Positions 8,462 to 17,965 of a DNA stretch of 64,000 nt are shown one piece after another; positions within the stretch are counted from its first letter, which is position 1, and each line of letters begins with the position of its first letter. A model generated the notes under the pieces. The model saw only the letters and a program-made list of their open reading frames with translations. It ran no database searches and was not told the origin of the DNA. Position numbers and translations under genes: made by a program. The DNA comes from Treponema sp. (GTDB lineage Bacteria > Spirochaetota > Spirochaetia > Treponematales > Breznakiellaceae): NCBI GenBank assembly GCA_009777535.1, contig WRLP01000001.1, positions 47,631 through 111,630 of the forward strand. The letters are read 5' to 3'.

Positions 8462-9265
8462 ATGCGCCGGATTTTCATGTATGCTTTTCTTTCGAGTCTT
8501 GCCCTTATTATGATTATCCCCTTTTTGTGGATGCTCCTTCTTTCTTTTAAATTTCAAGCTGAAATTTCCATGGCCAATACCATTTTGCCTAATGTGTGGA
8601 CTCTACGCAATTATTTTAGAGTATTTGAAACCGTACCTATTATTCGCTGGTTCCTTAACAGTGTGGCAGTGACAGTGTCAGCCACTGCTATTATTTTATT
8701 TACGAGTTCGCTGGTGGGTTTTGTATTTGCAAAATACGAATTCCGCCTAAAAAACGTTTTATTTTGGTTTATCCTTGCTACTATGATGGTGTCTCCCCAA
8801 ACAACAATGATCCCTTCCTTTATTTTAATAACCAGACTTCGCCTTTATGACAGGCTACCATCCCTTGTTATCCCCGGAATGGTCGGCGGTTTTGGCATCT
8901 TTTTATGCAGGCAGTTTATCGAAGATATTCCTAACAGCCTGTGCGAGGCGGCGCGAATTGACGGTGCAAAGGATTTTTATGTTTACTTTAGGATCATTCT
9001 GCCGCTGATTCGTCCAGCCATTGGCGCTTTAACCATTTTTACTTTTTTACAGTATTGGAATGAATATATGCTTCCGCTACTTTACCTTAACAGAATAGAA
9101 AATATGACAATGTCCCTGGCTATTTCATTCTTTTCCACACAGCGTACTACTGATATAGGCGCCATAATGGCTGCAGCTACACTGGTTATGCTGCCGGTGG
9201 CAATAGTTTTTTTGATGTTCCAAAAGCAATTTATTAAAGGAATTGCTATTGCCGGTTTAAAATGA
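8462..9265 (+). CDS. Carbohydrate ABC transporter permease (MalG/UgpE-like)
   Basis: EAA motif (CEAARIDGAKDF). The ATG at 8462 follows GGGAG and comes right after the upstream TAA. Confidence 0.85.
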   Translation: MRRIFMYAFLSSLALIMIIPFLWMLLLSFKFQAEISMANTILPNVWTLRNYFRVFETVPIIRWFLNSVAVTVSATAIILFTSSLVGFVFAKYEFRLKNVLFWFILATMMVSPQTTMIPSFILITRLRLYDRLPSLVIPGMVGGFGIFLCRQFIEDIPNSLCEAARIDGAKDFYVYFRIILPLIRPAIGALTIFTFLQYWNEYMLPLLYLNRIENMTMSLAISFFSTQRTTDIGAIMAAATLVMLPVAIVFLMFQKQFIKGIAIAGLK

Positions 9266-9273
9266 GGGAGGGT

Positions 9274-10590
9274 ATGAAAAAGATCGCTTTCATCGGCGCC
9301 GGCAGCTTTGATTTTACCCGTGAACTGGTAAGGGATATACTTAGTTTCCCTGCCTTTGAGGGGATCGAGCTTGCTCTGATGGATATTGATTCCCAGAGGC
9401 TTGATTTCAGCCGCAGGGCCTGCGAGAAGATTGTAGCGGCCGGAAAATATAGGGCTGCGGTTACCGCAACCTCTAATCGGGCTGAGGCTCTTAAAGGCGC
9501 TGATGGTGTTCTTATTACAATTTTATCAGGCGGCGCTTCCGTTTTCCGCAACGATGTTGAAATCCCCAAAAAGTACGGTATTGATATCTGCGTTGGCGAT
9601 ACCCGCGGGCCTTCCGGGATTTTCCGGTTTTTGCGTACTGCACCCGTTATGCTTGATATTTGCCGTGATATAGAAAAGCTGTGTCCTGATGCCGTTGTAT
9701 TGAATTATACCAATCCAATGGCCATGCTCTGCCGTTATCTGCAAAGCGAGACAAATCTAAAAATTACGGGCCTCTGCCACAGTGTTCAGGGTACCGCCGA
9801 AATGCTGGCCCGCTGGATAGGCGCCGATTTTGAAAACATTTCCTTCCTCTGCGCGGGGATAAACCATCAGGCGTTCTATCTAAAATATTTAAATAACGGT
9901 AAAGACGCTTACCCGGATATTGCCAGGGCAGTGCAAAAACCGGAGGTTTACGGCGAGGAAATGGTACGCTGTGAAATGTATAAAAATCTGGGGTATTTTC
10001 CAACTGAATCATCGGGGCATAATTCTGAATACAATCCGTGGTTCCGGAAAAATTCAGCCGAGATTGAAAAATACTGTACGCATGGTACAGGCTGGAATCC
10101 CGGTAAACATGCTTATATCCTTAATGAATACCTTGAAAGGGAACATACCTGGCAGAATGATATAAAGAATTGGCTTAATGAAGATGAAATATGTGTCAAG
10201 CGGGGGAAGGAATACGCCGCGTATATATTTAACGCTATATTCGGCGATCACACTCCCTTTCAGTTCAACGGTAATCTCCGCAATTTTGGCCTTATCGACG
10301 GCTTGCCGGAGGGTTGCTGCGTCGAAGTTCCGGCTGTTGCATGTAAAGACGGTGTTTTTCCCATGCATGTTGGAAAGCTTCCGCCGCAGCTTAATATTTT
10401 AATCGGAAACAGCGCTCAGTGCGAAGAACTGGCGGTCAATGGCTGTATTGCGGGAGACAGGGAGATGATTTATCATGCCATTCTATTTGATCCTTTGACG
10501 ACAACTCAACTGGATATGGCTGCGACCCGCAAAATGACGGGCGAATTGTTTGACGCAAACAGATCTCTGCTTCCCCAGTTTTACAAATGA
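9274..10590 (+). CDS. Glycoside hydrolase family 4 (NAD/Mn-dependent alpha-glucosidase/alpha-galactosidase type)
   Basis: It has an N-terminal Rossmann motif (KIAFIGAGSFDF), NYTNPM, and the GLCHSVQG catalytic-Cys region. GAGGGAGG is the RBS before the ATG at 9274. Confidence 0.85.
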   Translation: MKKIAFIGAGSFDFTRELVRDILSFPAFEGIELALMDIDSQRLDFSRRACEKIVAAGKYRAAVTATSNRAEALKGADGVLITILSGGASVFRNDVEIPKKYGIDICVGDTRGPSGIFRFLRTAPVMLDICRDIEKLCPDAVVLNYTNPMAMLCRYLQSETNLKITGLCHSVQGTAEMLARWIGADFENISFLCAGINHQAFYLKYLNNGKDAYPDIARAVQKPEVYGEEMVRCEMYKNLGYFPTESSGHNSEYNPWFRKNSAEIEKYCTHGTGWNPGKHAYILNEYLEREHTWQNDIKNWLNEDEICVKRGKEYAAYIFNAIFGDHTPFQFNGNLRNFGLIDGLPEGCCVEVPAVACKDGVFPMHVGKLPPQLNILIGNSAQCEELAVNGCIAGDREMIYHAILFDPLTTTQLDMAATRKMTGELFDANRSLLPQFYK

Positions 10591-11738
10591 ACCATACAAG
10601 CCCCAAACAAATCGGCGATTATAACAGGAATCAGATGCTGTCTATCCTCCGTGAAAGGGGGCCGACATCCCGGGTGGAATTGTCGGGGCTTTTGGGAATC
10701 AGTCAGACGGCGGTTACCAGGAATACTTCCAAGCTGCTGAGTAAAGGCATTATCCGCGAATGCGGCGCAAAGCTGTCTCCGATGGGGAGGAAACCTGTCC
10801 TCATGGAATTATGCAGCGATTTTTGCTATGTGCTTGGTGCTGACATTGTCGGTGGGACGCTTAAGGTTGCGCTGGCGGATTTATTGGGAAATATTGTCAA
10901 ATATTATGAAGAACCTGTTCGTCTTACCAAAGGCGCTCATGCAGTCTTAATACAGCTCCTTGCTGCACTGCGGAATGTTGTCGCGGAATCCGGTGTATCC
11001 ACGGAAAAAATATGGGTAGCTACTATAGGCACTTCCGGTATTTTTGATCCTGAAACAGGAAAAAGCAAGTTCGCGTTTTTTACGGAGGGCTGGGAAGAAA
11101 TTGATATTCGTAAAGAGGTTTTTAATTTTATTTCCGTTGAGACTCTGATCGAAAACGATGTTAACCTGGATGTGATCGGCGAAAGCTGGAAAGGTGTGGG
11201 CAGGCATTACGAGAATATTCTCTATGTCAAGCTGGGTCAGGGTCTTGCCGCACGATTTGTTATAAACGGCAAGCTGGTTCGCGGTGAACATAAAATAGCA
11301 GGGGAAATCGGCTATATGATGCCGGGCTTGCCGTCGGAAGATGCAATTAATTATGAAAACATGCTGTGCAATGATGCTGCCTCTACGAGATACACAAAGC
11401 TTGGCGGAAGCGGCAAAGCCAATACCATATCGGATATTTTCTCTCTTGCAGACAGCGGCGACGAAGCTGCAAGCGCGCTGGCAAGCCAATTGCTCGATGA
11501 ATTCGCGGTGGTGCTGCTTAACAGCGCCGTGGTGCTTGATCCCCAGGTAATAATTCTGGGTGGCGATGCATCCTGTTTTGGAGAAAAGGAAATAGCCTTG
11601 TTAAAACAAAAAATAGAACGGCACCTGCCGCTTACCCGGCATATTGTATCTTCAATGCTTGATAAAAAGGCATGTCTTTACGGTGCTGTTAAAATGGGGC
11701 TTGACCGGGTTGAGGGGTTAATAACTGATATCTGGTGA
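10587..11738 (+). CDS. ROK-family transcriptional regulator
   Basis: 383 aa. It has an N-terminal wHTH (RVELSGLLGISQTAVTRNTSKL) followed by a ROK sugar-kinase-like fold. Its start overlaps the upstream stop (ATGA). Confidence 0.8.
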   Translation: MNHTSPKQIGDYNRNQMLSILRERGPTSRVELSGLLGISQTAVTRNTSKLLSKGIIRECGAKLSPMGRKPVLMELCSDFCYVLGADIVGGTLKVALADLLGNIVKYYEEPVRLTKGAHAVLIQLLAALRNVVAESGVSTEKIWVATIGTSGIFDPETGKSKFAFFTEGWEEIDIRKEVFNFISVETLIENDVNLDVIGESWKGVGRHYENILYVKLGQGLAARFVINGKLVRGEHKIAGEIGYMMPGLPSEDAINYENMLCNDAASTRYTKLGGSGKANTISDIFSLADSGDEAASALASQLLDEFAVVLLNSAVVLDPQVIILGGDASCFGEKEIALLKQKIERHLPLTRHIVSSMLDKKACLYGAVKMGLDRVEGLITDIW

Positions 11739-11766
11739 AATATGAAAACAAACAAAGGAAGAGACT

Positions 11767-12726
11767 TTGCAATATTATGTTGGAATTGACGGCGGAGGAA
11801 CGAAAACTGCCGTTTGTGCTGCAAGTGTGGGTAATTCCATACTACGTTACTCGAAAACATCCGGCGCTTCATGGCGTGAACACGGGGTGTGGAAAGTGGC
11901 GCAAAACCTTAAAGAAGCGGTAGTCGATCTTATTGGAGACGAATACAACTGCGTTGCCGGAATCGCAATGGGTCTTCCATGCCATGGTGAAAGCGCCGAA
12001 GGCGACGGGGCATTGGAGCGGGCGCTCCGTGAATTGTTCGCCGGCATTCCGCTTTACTTTACCAACGATGTCGAGGTTGGCTGGGCCGGGTCGATGGCCC
12101 TGGCTCCCGGCATTAATATCGTAGCCGGCACGGGGGCCATTGCTTTCGGCAAGGATACACACGGCAAGACTGTACGGTGCGGCGGCTGGAGCGAGTTTTT
12201 TGGCGACGAAGGCTCGTGTTACTGGATGGGCCGGAAAGTTATGGAATTGTTTTCAAAACAATCGGACGGCCGGATGCCAAGGGATGAACTCTACGAGACT
12301 GTCCGCCGTGAGTTAAGGCTGAAAGACGATATCAGCTTTATAGACCTAATTCTTACCGAGTATGTCGCCTATCGCAAACAGGTTGCAAGCCTTCAGTTTT
12401 TGGCGGAAAAGGCGGCTTTGGCAGGTTCGCCCAGTGCATTGGCCCTCTATAACGAAGCTGTAAGCGAATTACTGCTGCTTGTTACGGCAATTCGAAACCA
12501 GTTGAATTTTATCGAAAAGCCGTGGACTGTTTCTTATTCGGGCGGGCTGTTTAAGGCGGGTAAATTTGTTTTACCCCGGTTTCGGATGGAGATTGAAAAA
12601 GAAGGCGGCCAGGTATCCACCCCCTGTTTTACTCCTGTTGAAGGAGCCGTCCTGTTGGCGTTTCAGCATTTTAACCCGGACGGTCTAATAAAAGCGCAAA
12701 AGCTGATGAAGGAGAAAAAAAAATGA
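11767..12726 (+). CDS. BadF/BadG/BcrA/BcrD-type ATPase (N-acetylglucosamine-kinase-like sugar kinase)
   Basis: The phosphate-1 motif YVGIDGGGTKT is at the N-terminus. It uses a TTG start with an AGGAAG RBS. Confidence 0.75.
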   Translation: MQYYVGIDGGGTKTAVCAASVGNSILRYSKTSGASWREHGVWKVAQNLKEAVVDLIGDEYNCVAGIAMGLPCHGESAEGDGALERALRELFAGIPLYFTNDVEVGWAGSMALAPGINIVAGTGAIAFGKDTHGKTVRCGGWSEFFGDEGSCYWMGRKVMELFSKQSDGRMPRDELYETVRRELRLKDDISFIDLILTEYVAYRKQVASLQFLAEKAALAGSPSALALYNEAVSELLLLVTAIRNQLNFIEKPWTVSYSGGLFKAGKFVLPRFRMEIEKEGGQVSTPCFTPVEGAVLLAFQHFNPDGLIKAQKLMKEKKK

Positions 12727-13907
12727 CGAATTGCATGACGTTTTTTGGACAGGATGAAGATTTTTTTAAGGAAAAAAGCTGTCTTAATACGGCTTGTGAG
12801 ATTGCCGGACAACCCGGGCTGTGGAAAGTATTGGGCGGGATTCTGCTCGAACAGAAACAGAATATTACCGGATTTATGAGCCGCCTTGGCGATTTGAATA
12901 AAATAAGAATCATATTAACCGGCGCCGGCAGTTCCGCCTTTATCGGCGAGGCGCTCGCTTCTTTTGTCGCAAAAAGCACAGGTATTAAATGCGAGGCTAT
13001 ACATACAACCGATATAGTTTCCGCTCCACAGACGGTGTTGTTCGCAGACATTCCAACCCTTTTGGTTTCCTTCGCCCGTTCCGGCAACAGCCCGGAATCC
13101 ATGGGGGCCGTGCAGTACGCCAGGAAGGTAATAAAAAATCTGTTCGAAGTTGCCATCGTCTGCGACGGCTCCAGCAAACTGTACAATATAACGGCGGAAA
13201 ACGAAAAAAATCTTATCCTTGTAATGCCGGAAGGATCTAACGATAAGGGATTTGCCATGACCTCCAGTGTAACCTGTATGCTCCTGGCGGGATTTGCGCT
13301 GCTTAATTACCAAAAAATAGACGAGATCGTGCATGATATAAACAGGCTTTGTGATAATGCCGGGAAAAACTTCCTGCCCTTGTCGGAGATGGCGCTTAAT
13401 TATGCGAAAAAACCTTTTAACCGGGCTGTTTATCTTGGATGCGGGGCTTTTAAGGGGCTGGTACACGAAGGCTCGCTTAAAATGCTGGAGCTTACCAACG
13501 GGGAGGTCAACGCCGGTTTCGACAGCGCAACCGGTTTCAGGCATGGTCCCAAGGCTGTTATCAATGGCAGTACGCTTAGCCTTCATTGTATTTCAAACGA
13601 TCCATTCACCGCAAAGTATGACATCGACTTGTTAAATGAACTTTACCGGCAGAAAAACAAAAACATGGTTGCTGCTATCTGCCCCGACAGCGTGGATGGC
13701 ATTCAGGCGGATGACATAATCCCTGTTACATCACATGGGTACGGTTTTGCCGCCGATCTGTGCGTAGGCATTAACGCCCTGGTGTTTTTCCAGATGCTTG
13801 CCATGCATAAATCCCTGGAGCTTGGCATAACAACCGATAATCCGTCGCCGGGGGGGCAGGTCAACCGGGTGGTTAAGGGTGTTATCGTATATCCCTATGA
13901 AGGATAA
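12723..13907 (+). CDS. agaS: AgaS-like double-SIS sugar-phosphate isomerase/deaminase
   Basis: 394 aa. It has the TACEIAGQPGLW N-terminal motif and the SIS motif ILTGAGSSAFIG. Its start overlaps the upstream stop (ATGA). Confidence 0.75.
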   Translation: MTNCMTFFGQDEDFFKEKSCLNTACEIAGQPGLWKVLGGILLEQKQNITGFMSRLGDLNKIRIILTGAGSSAFIGEALASFVAKSTGIKCEAIHTTDIVSAPQTVLFADIPTLLVSFARSGNSPESMGAVQYARKVIKNLFEVAIVCDGSSKLYNITAENEKNLILVMPEGSNDKGFAMTSSVTCMLLAGFALLNYQKIDEIVHDINRLCDNAGKNFLPLSEMALNYAKKPFNRAVYLGCGAFKGLVHEGSLKMLELTNGEVNAGFDSATGFRHGPKAVINGSTLSLHCISNDPFTAKYDIDLLNELYRQKNKNMVAAICPDSVDGIQADDIIPVTSHGYGFAADLCVGINALVFFQMLAMHKSLELGITTDNPSPGGQVNRVVKGVIVYPYEG

Positions 13908-14526
13908 AATTCACTCTGTCATTTTCGATCTGGACGGCACTCTTTCCGATTCAGCGATTTTAACTGTTACCGCCCTGCAAAAAATTGCGCCCTTGCACGG
14001 GCTGCCAGTGCCGTCCGAAGAGGCAATAAAAATCGCCACCGGCAACCCCAATCCCGAATTTTATTACCTGTTGTTTCCCGGTTTCCCCCGCGAAACGATC
14101 GCTGAAATCGGCGGTCTTGTGGAGGAAGAAGAGCTGCGCATACTCCCCTCGGTCAGCGGCAGGCTGCTGTTCAAGGGCTGCCGTGAAATGCTCGAATGCC
14201 TTAAAGAGCAGGGAATTCGCCTGCACATCGCCAGCACCGGCGACAGGGATCATGTGTTTTCAGTCCTTGGCGAGACAGGAATCGCACAGCTTTTCGATTC
14301 GGTTTCCTGCGAGCGCCCTGTTAAGACCGAAATGCTGCGTGAAATAATCGGGGATGACTGCAAGGACTGCTTCCTTATGGTGGGAGATATGCACAAGGAT
14401 CACGAAGCGGCACGGGCAAACGGCATTTTATCGGTAGGGGCCTGTTATGGTTACTGCACGCGGAATACCGCCGGCTTTGATTACTACATTGATGCGCCCG
14501 ATGAACTGCTGAAAATGCTGCACTGA
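13897..14526 (+). CDS. HAD-superfamily phosphatase (phosphoglycolate-phosphatase-like)
   Basis: It has the DxD motif VIFDLDGTL and the later motif GDMHKD. The alternative GTG start is at 13879. Confidence 0.8.
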   Translation: MKDKIHSVIFDLDGTLSDSAILTVTALQKIAPLHGLPVPSEEAIKIATGNPNPEFYYLLFPGFPRETIAEIGGLVEEEELRILPSVSGRLLFKGCREMLECLKEQGIRLHIASTGDRDHVFSVLGETGIAQLFDSVSCERPVKTEMLREIIGDDCKDCFLMVGDMHKDHEAARANGILSVGACYGYCTRNTAGFDYYIDAPDELLKMLH

Positions 14527-14535
14527 TGTTAGGCG

Positions 14536-15687
14536 CTAAGAGGGGGAATCTTTCTTGGTTTGAGTTTCGTTGAGTTCCGGGGTCCAGATAGTGCTGCAGT
14601 TTCGCCCCCGTCTCTTTGAAGTGTAGAGAGCTACGTCAGCACGGCGGACTATTTCTTCAACATCAGCATTTGTATTTTGATCAAAGGAAAAAATACCCAA
14701 ACTGATCGTTACCTGCGGCAGAGGGACACCCCAGGGAACTTTCATTCCGGCAATGCTTGTCCTTAGGCGTTCAGCAACCGTCCAAACTGTGTTTTTATCC
14801 GAATGGGGAAGCAATATAGTAAATTCCTCGCCGCCGAAACGGGACGGTATATCATCATTTCTTACTCCCTGCCTGATCATGTGGGCCAGATGTTCCAGCA
14901 CCTTGTCGCCGGCAAGGTGGCCGTAACTGTCGTTAAAATTTTTAAATCTGTCGACGTCCATCACAATAATGGAAGATGTATAGCTGTTGCGCTTTGTGCG
15001 GGAAATCTCCTCGCAAAGGCGGGTCATAAAAAACCCATGGTTGTACAAGCCTGTTTTTATATCGCGTAACGAGTGCTCGTAATGCAGATGGTTTTTAATG
15101 GCCTGGGAAACAAAGCACATAAGCTGCTGCAGATAACTCAGTTCGTTTACATTGTACCCGCCTTTTTCGGTTTTTCTTCCGACCAGGATAATTCCGTACA
15201 ACCCAAATTGCCCAAGAATGGGGACAACGATTTCCGGATCTACTTCCTTAAATGGCATTACGGCTTTATCATCTTTCAGTTCAAAAGCCAGCAGTTCGAA
15301 GTTTATCGGCCTGGGATACTGCCGGAAGAATGATTCCAAGGGGGCGATTGAATCCACCTTTATTTTCATGTCAACCGGCTCGTGGTTCTTGTATGATTTG
15401 ATTGTAATGTCTTCCCTGTTTTGAATCGGCTTCCAAAGAAACGCTATGAAGGAGGGAAGGAAGTGATCCGATATCTGAAAAACCGTGGCGTCCAGAATTT
15501 CATCAATGCTGGTATGGTTAAAAATATCCAAGCCCCTGTTAAGAAGACTTTTGTATGTGTTTACTTCCTGATGCATGTTTTCGATATATTCAAGTATGCC
15601 TAGTTCCTGAAGAAGATCAACGTTTCCGGCTATTTTAGAGTTGGCCAAAAGTTCTTTATTTTCGTTATTCAATAATTCTTTTATCAT
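14536..15687 (-). CDS. Diguanylate cyclase (GGDEF domain with N-terminal sensory region)
   Basis: The active site is GGEEF, with an RxxD I-site (RNDD) five residues upstream. Confidence 0.85.
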   Translation of the reverse strand: MIKELLNNENKELLANSKIAGNVDLLQELGILEYIENMHQEVNTYKSLLNRGLDIFNHTSIDEILDATVFQISDHFLPSFIAFLWKPIQNREDITIKSYKNHEPVDMKIKVDSIAPLESFFRQYPRPINFELLAFELKDDKAVMPFKEVDPEIVVPILGQFGLYGIILVGRKTEKGGYNVNELSYLQQLMCFVSQAIKNHLHYEHSLRDIKTGLYNHGFFMTRLCEEISRTKRNSYTSSIIVMDVDRFKNFNDSYGHLAGDKVLEHLAHMIRQGVRNDDIPSRFGGEEFTILLPHSDKNTVWTVAERLRTSIAGMKVPWGVPLPQVTISLGIFSFDQNTNADVEEIVRRADVALYTSKRRGRNCSTIWTPELNETQTKKDSPS

Positions 15688-15696
15688 TATTACCTG

Positions 15697-16269
15697 TCAA
15701 GTTACTGAAAAGCGCTCGCATATACTGCGGCGCCATTCACTGTGGTTTTCCTTGTTCTCCCATTCGAATATTTTCTTTATTTTGAAGTCCGCTGCTTCGG
15801 CCGGGAGGCTTCTGCGGCCGTTTGTTATGTGATCATCGGCATCCTGGAGACCGTTGTGCTGAACAACCCCGAAGCGGCCGCCACCGATATAACAGATTGC
15901 TTCCTGGCTGCCAAGGGCTTCGGTTTCATTAAGCCTTGCAAGTACACAGTCAAAGTGTACCGGAAGCCCGGATGTTTTATCGGAAATTGCCGTTGAAATA
16001 TCCTTGATTGGCCTGCCGCACCACGAGCAGTCAGGCGCAGGCATGGGGCCGTCGGGAACCTTTGGCGCCGTCCAGACACTACGCTCGTGCATGCTCATTC
16101 GGTTTTTTTCCAGCCTTCCGTCGGCAAGCAGGTTTTCCTCGGGTTTTCTGGAATTTCGTTTGTCCCTGTTTCGGCTGGAATCCTGCCTCGACGCTTGAGA
16201 ATCATCCCTTTTTCCGAAATAATGTGAACGGTTTCTGCGATTATTTCCGCTTTTTCCGCCGCCGCTCAT
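15697..16269 (-). CDS. Hypothetical protein with a basic disordered N-terminus and a CxxC...HxDC putative zinc site
   Basis: 190 aa. A strong AGGAGG RBS lies 8 nt before the ATG. The N-terminus is R/K/S-rich, followed by CSWCGRP...VHFDC. Confidence 0.55.
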   Translation of the reverse strand: MSGGGKSGNNRRNRSHYFGKRDDSQASRQDSSRNRDKRNSRKPEENLLADGRLEKNRMSMHERSVWTAPKVPDGPMPAPDCSWCGRPIKDISTAISDKTSGLPVHFDCVLARLNETEALGSQEAICYIGGGRFGVVQHNGLQDADDHITNGRRSLPAEAADFKIKKIFEWENKENHSEWRRSICERFSVT

Positions 16270-16414
16270 GTTTTACCCCCTCCTGGGTTATATCCATCAA
16301 TTCTTTACTAAGCACAAGAGCCAGCCGCTGGACTGCCGCGTGGAGATAATCCTCGTCATTTATACGGCGCCTTAATTGTTCCAGCTTCACAGAACTCAAG
16401 GCTTGCCCTACCAT
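16241..16414 (-). CDS. Possible small ORF (57 aa) coupled to yraN
   Basis: Its ATG overlaps the YraN stop (ATGA at 16411-16414). It reads MVGQALSSVKLEQLRRRINDEDYLHAAVQRLALVLSKELMD... and is below the ORF-track size cutoff. Confidence 0.3.
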   Translation of the reverse strand: MVGQALSSVKLEQLRRRINDEDYLHAAVQRLALVLSKELMDITQEGVKHERRRKKRK

Positions 16415-16782
16415 CATACATTCTCCGTAAAGGCAGACGCAAGATGGGAGACAGAATCATCCTTTCCAACAAATACTACATCAAACCGAATAGTCATCCT
16501 ACTATATTCTCGATGCCCTGAAAGGAAATACTTAGCGGTTTCGATTATCCGGCGCTGCTTTTTTTCATCAAGACTGTACTGAAGATCTTCCATGCCGAAT
16601 ACCGACCAGGATTTTACCTCTACAAACACAATCGTTTGGCCTTCCAGGGCAACAATATCCACTTCTCCGTTCCTGGAGCGCACATTTTTCGCGATTATTC
16701 TCATGCCGGACGCTTCCAGGGCGTCCGCTGCCCGTTCCTCCCCCTTTTTTCCCAACCCTGCGCTATGCATTTGTTCTGGCAA
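16414..16782 (-). CDS. yraN: YraN-family (UPF0102) endonuclease-like protein
   Basis: 122 aa. It has GKKGEERAADALE...GEVDIVA...VFVEVKS, a restriction-endonuclease-like core. Confidence 0.8.
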   Translation of the reverse strand: MPEQMHSAGLGKKGEERAADALEASGMRIIAKNVRSRNGEVDIVALEGQTIVFVEVKSWSVFGMEDLQYSLDEKKQRRIIETAKYFLSGHREYSRMTIRFDVVFVGKDDSVSHLASAFTENV

Positions 16783-17965
16783 ATTCTTCCGGGTCTATTG
16801 CTTTTGATATAAACAGGGTCTTATCGTGAAGGAGATCTATGGCTGTATTTTCTTCGGCTTTGGGAGCTTTACCGGCTTCGTCCCTTATCAACTGAATCTT
16901 GGGTCTTAGCGATGCATCGGGGTTTACTTCCACGACCCTGGCAACAGCGCCATTGTTTAGCTGTACTATTGAGCCAATGGGATAAATCCCCATTATTTTC
17001 GCAAAAGCTTTAATTACAGCCGGATCAAAGCGGCGGGAGTTATCAGCAAGCAGATTTTTCATCGCCTGGTAGCCAACCATTGAATTGCGGTATGACTTCT
17101 TGCTTACCATTGCCTCGAATGCGTCGGCTACTGATACAATGCGGGCGCCCTGGTCTATTGACGGCCCCGGCAGCCGGTCGGGATAGCCCTTGCCGTCCCA
17201 GCGCTCATGATGCTGTTGGACTATAAAGCTGATCTCCTGCGAATAAAAGAGCTCCTTGGACACAATCCTAGCCGCCAGGCTGGTATGACTTTTCATCTGC
17301 TCAAGCTCTGAATCGGATAACCCGCCCCTTTTTTCACGAATTTCTTTTGGAAGTTTTAACATACCGACATCATGCAGCATGGCGCCGGTTAATATATGCA
17401 ATATTTTATGATTGGCCAGTTTGAGCTCCTGGGCGATTAATGCCGAAAGGATAGCTGTATTTATCGAACTTTTGGCAAGCTCGTAGCCGGATACTTCTCC
17501 GCCAAGAATAAACCCGACGAAGCTGTTCCTGTGATCCCGTAACTCCTGCAGTAATTGAGTGCTGATATTGTCTATTGCCCGTACTTCTACCGAGGCGCCT
17601 TCTACAATGCCGTTTAATATTTGATCCAGTTTGTCTATAAGGCTCTTGTAAGCGCGATAGGGGCCGGTATTTCCCTGAACCTCGGTTATGGAGAATTTAA
17701 GGGTACTGCCCTTCCTGTCTGCGCCGGCTCCATTATTTGGTTCCCGGCTGCCGGAAACGGCTGATATATCTGTTTTTTTAGGTTTTTTTTCCGCTATTAT
17801 TTGACCATTTGTCGTTACTTCTACAACTCCCCATAAATTGAGCTGCTCTATATCTTTTTCCCTTATTGGGCACCCTGCCGGCACAAGAATGGAATTTTCT
17901 TCAATAAAAACAGGTTCTGAAAAAATGAGACCGGGTTTTAGAGTATTTACCTCTATTTTTTTCAT
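16763..17965 (-). CDS. HD-GYP domain c-di-GMP phosphodiesterase
   Basis: It has LHDVGM and HHERWDGKGYP motifs. The preferred start MKKIEV (ATG at 17965) overlaps the upstream TGA. Confidence 0.85.
   Translation of the reverse strand: MKKIEVNTLKPGLIFSEPVFIEENSILVPAGCPIREKDIEQLNLWGVVEVTTNGQIIAEKKPKKTDISAVSGSREPNNGAGADRKGSTLKFSITEVQGNTGPYRAYKSLIDKLDQILNGIVEGASVEVRAIDNISTQLLQELRDHRNSFVGFILGGEVSGYELAKSSINTAILSALIAQELKLANHKILHILTGAMLHDVGMLKLPKEIREKRGGLSDSELEQMKSHTSLAARIVSKELFYSQEISFIVQQHHERWDGKGYPDRLPGPSIDQGARIVSVADAFEAMVSKKSYRNSMVGYQAMKNLLADNSRRFDPAVIKAFAKIMGIYPIGSIVQLNNGAVARVVEVNPDASLRPKIQLIRDEAGKAPKAEENTAIDLLHDKTLFISKAIDPEEFARTNA

Noticed and set aside
13850-13856. A G7 run near the 3' end of the AgaS-like gene as a phase-variation tract
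   Set aside because: It is a short homopolymer encoding PGGQ in an ordinary metabolic gene. Its occurrence is within chance expectation and it has no supporting context.
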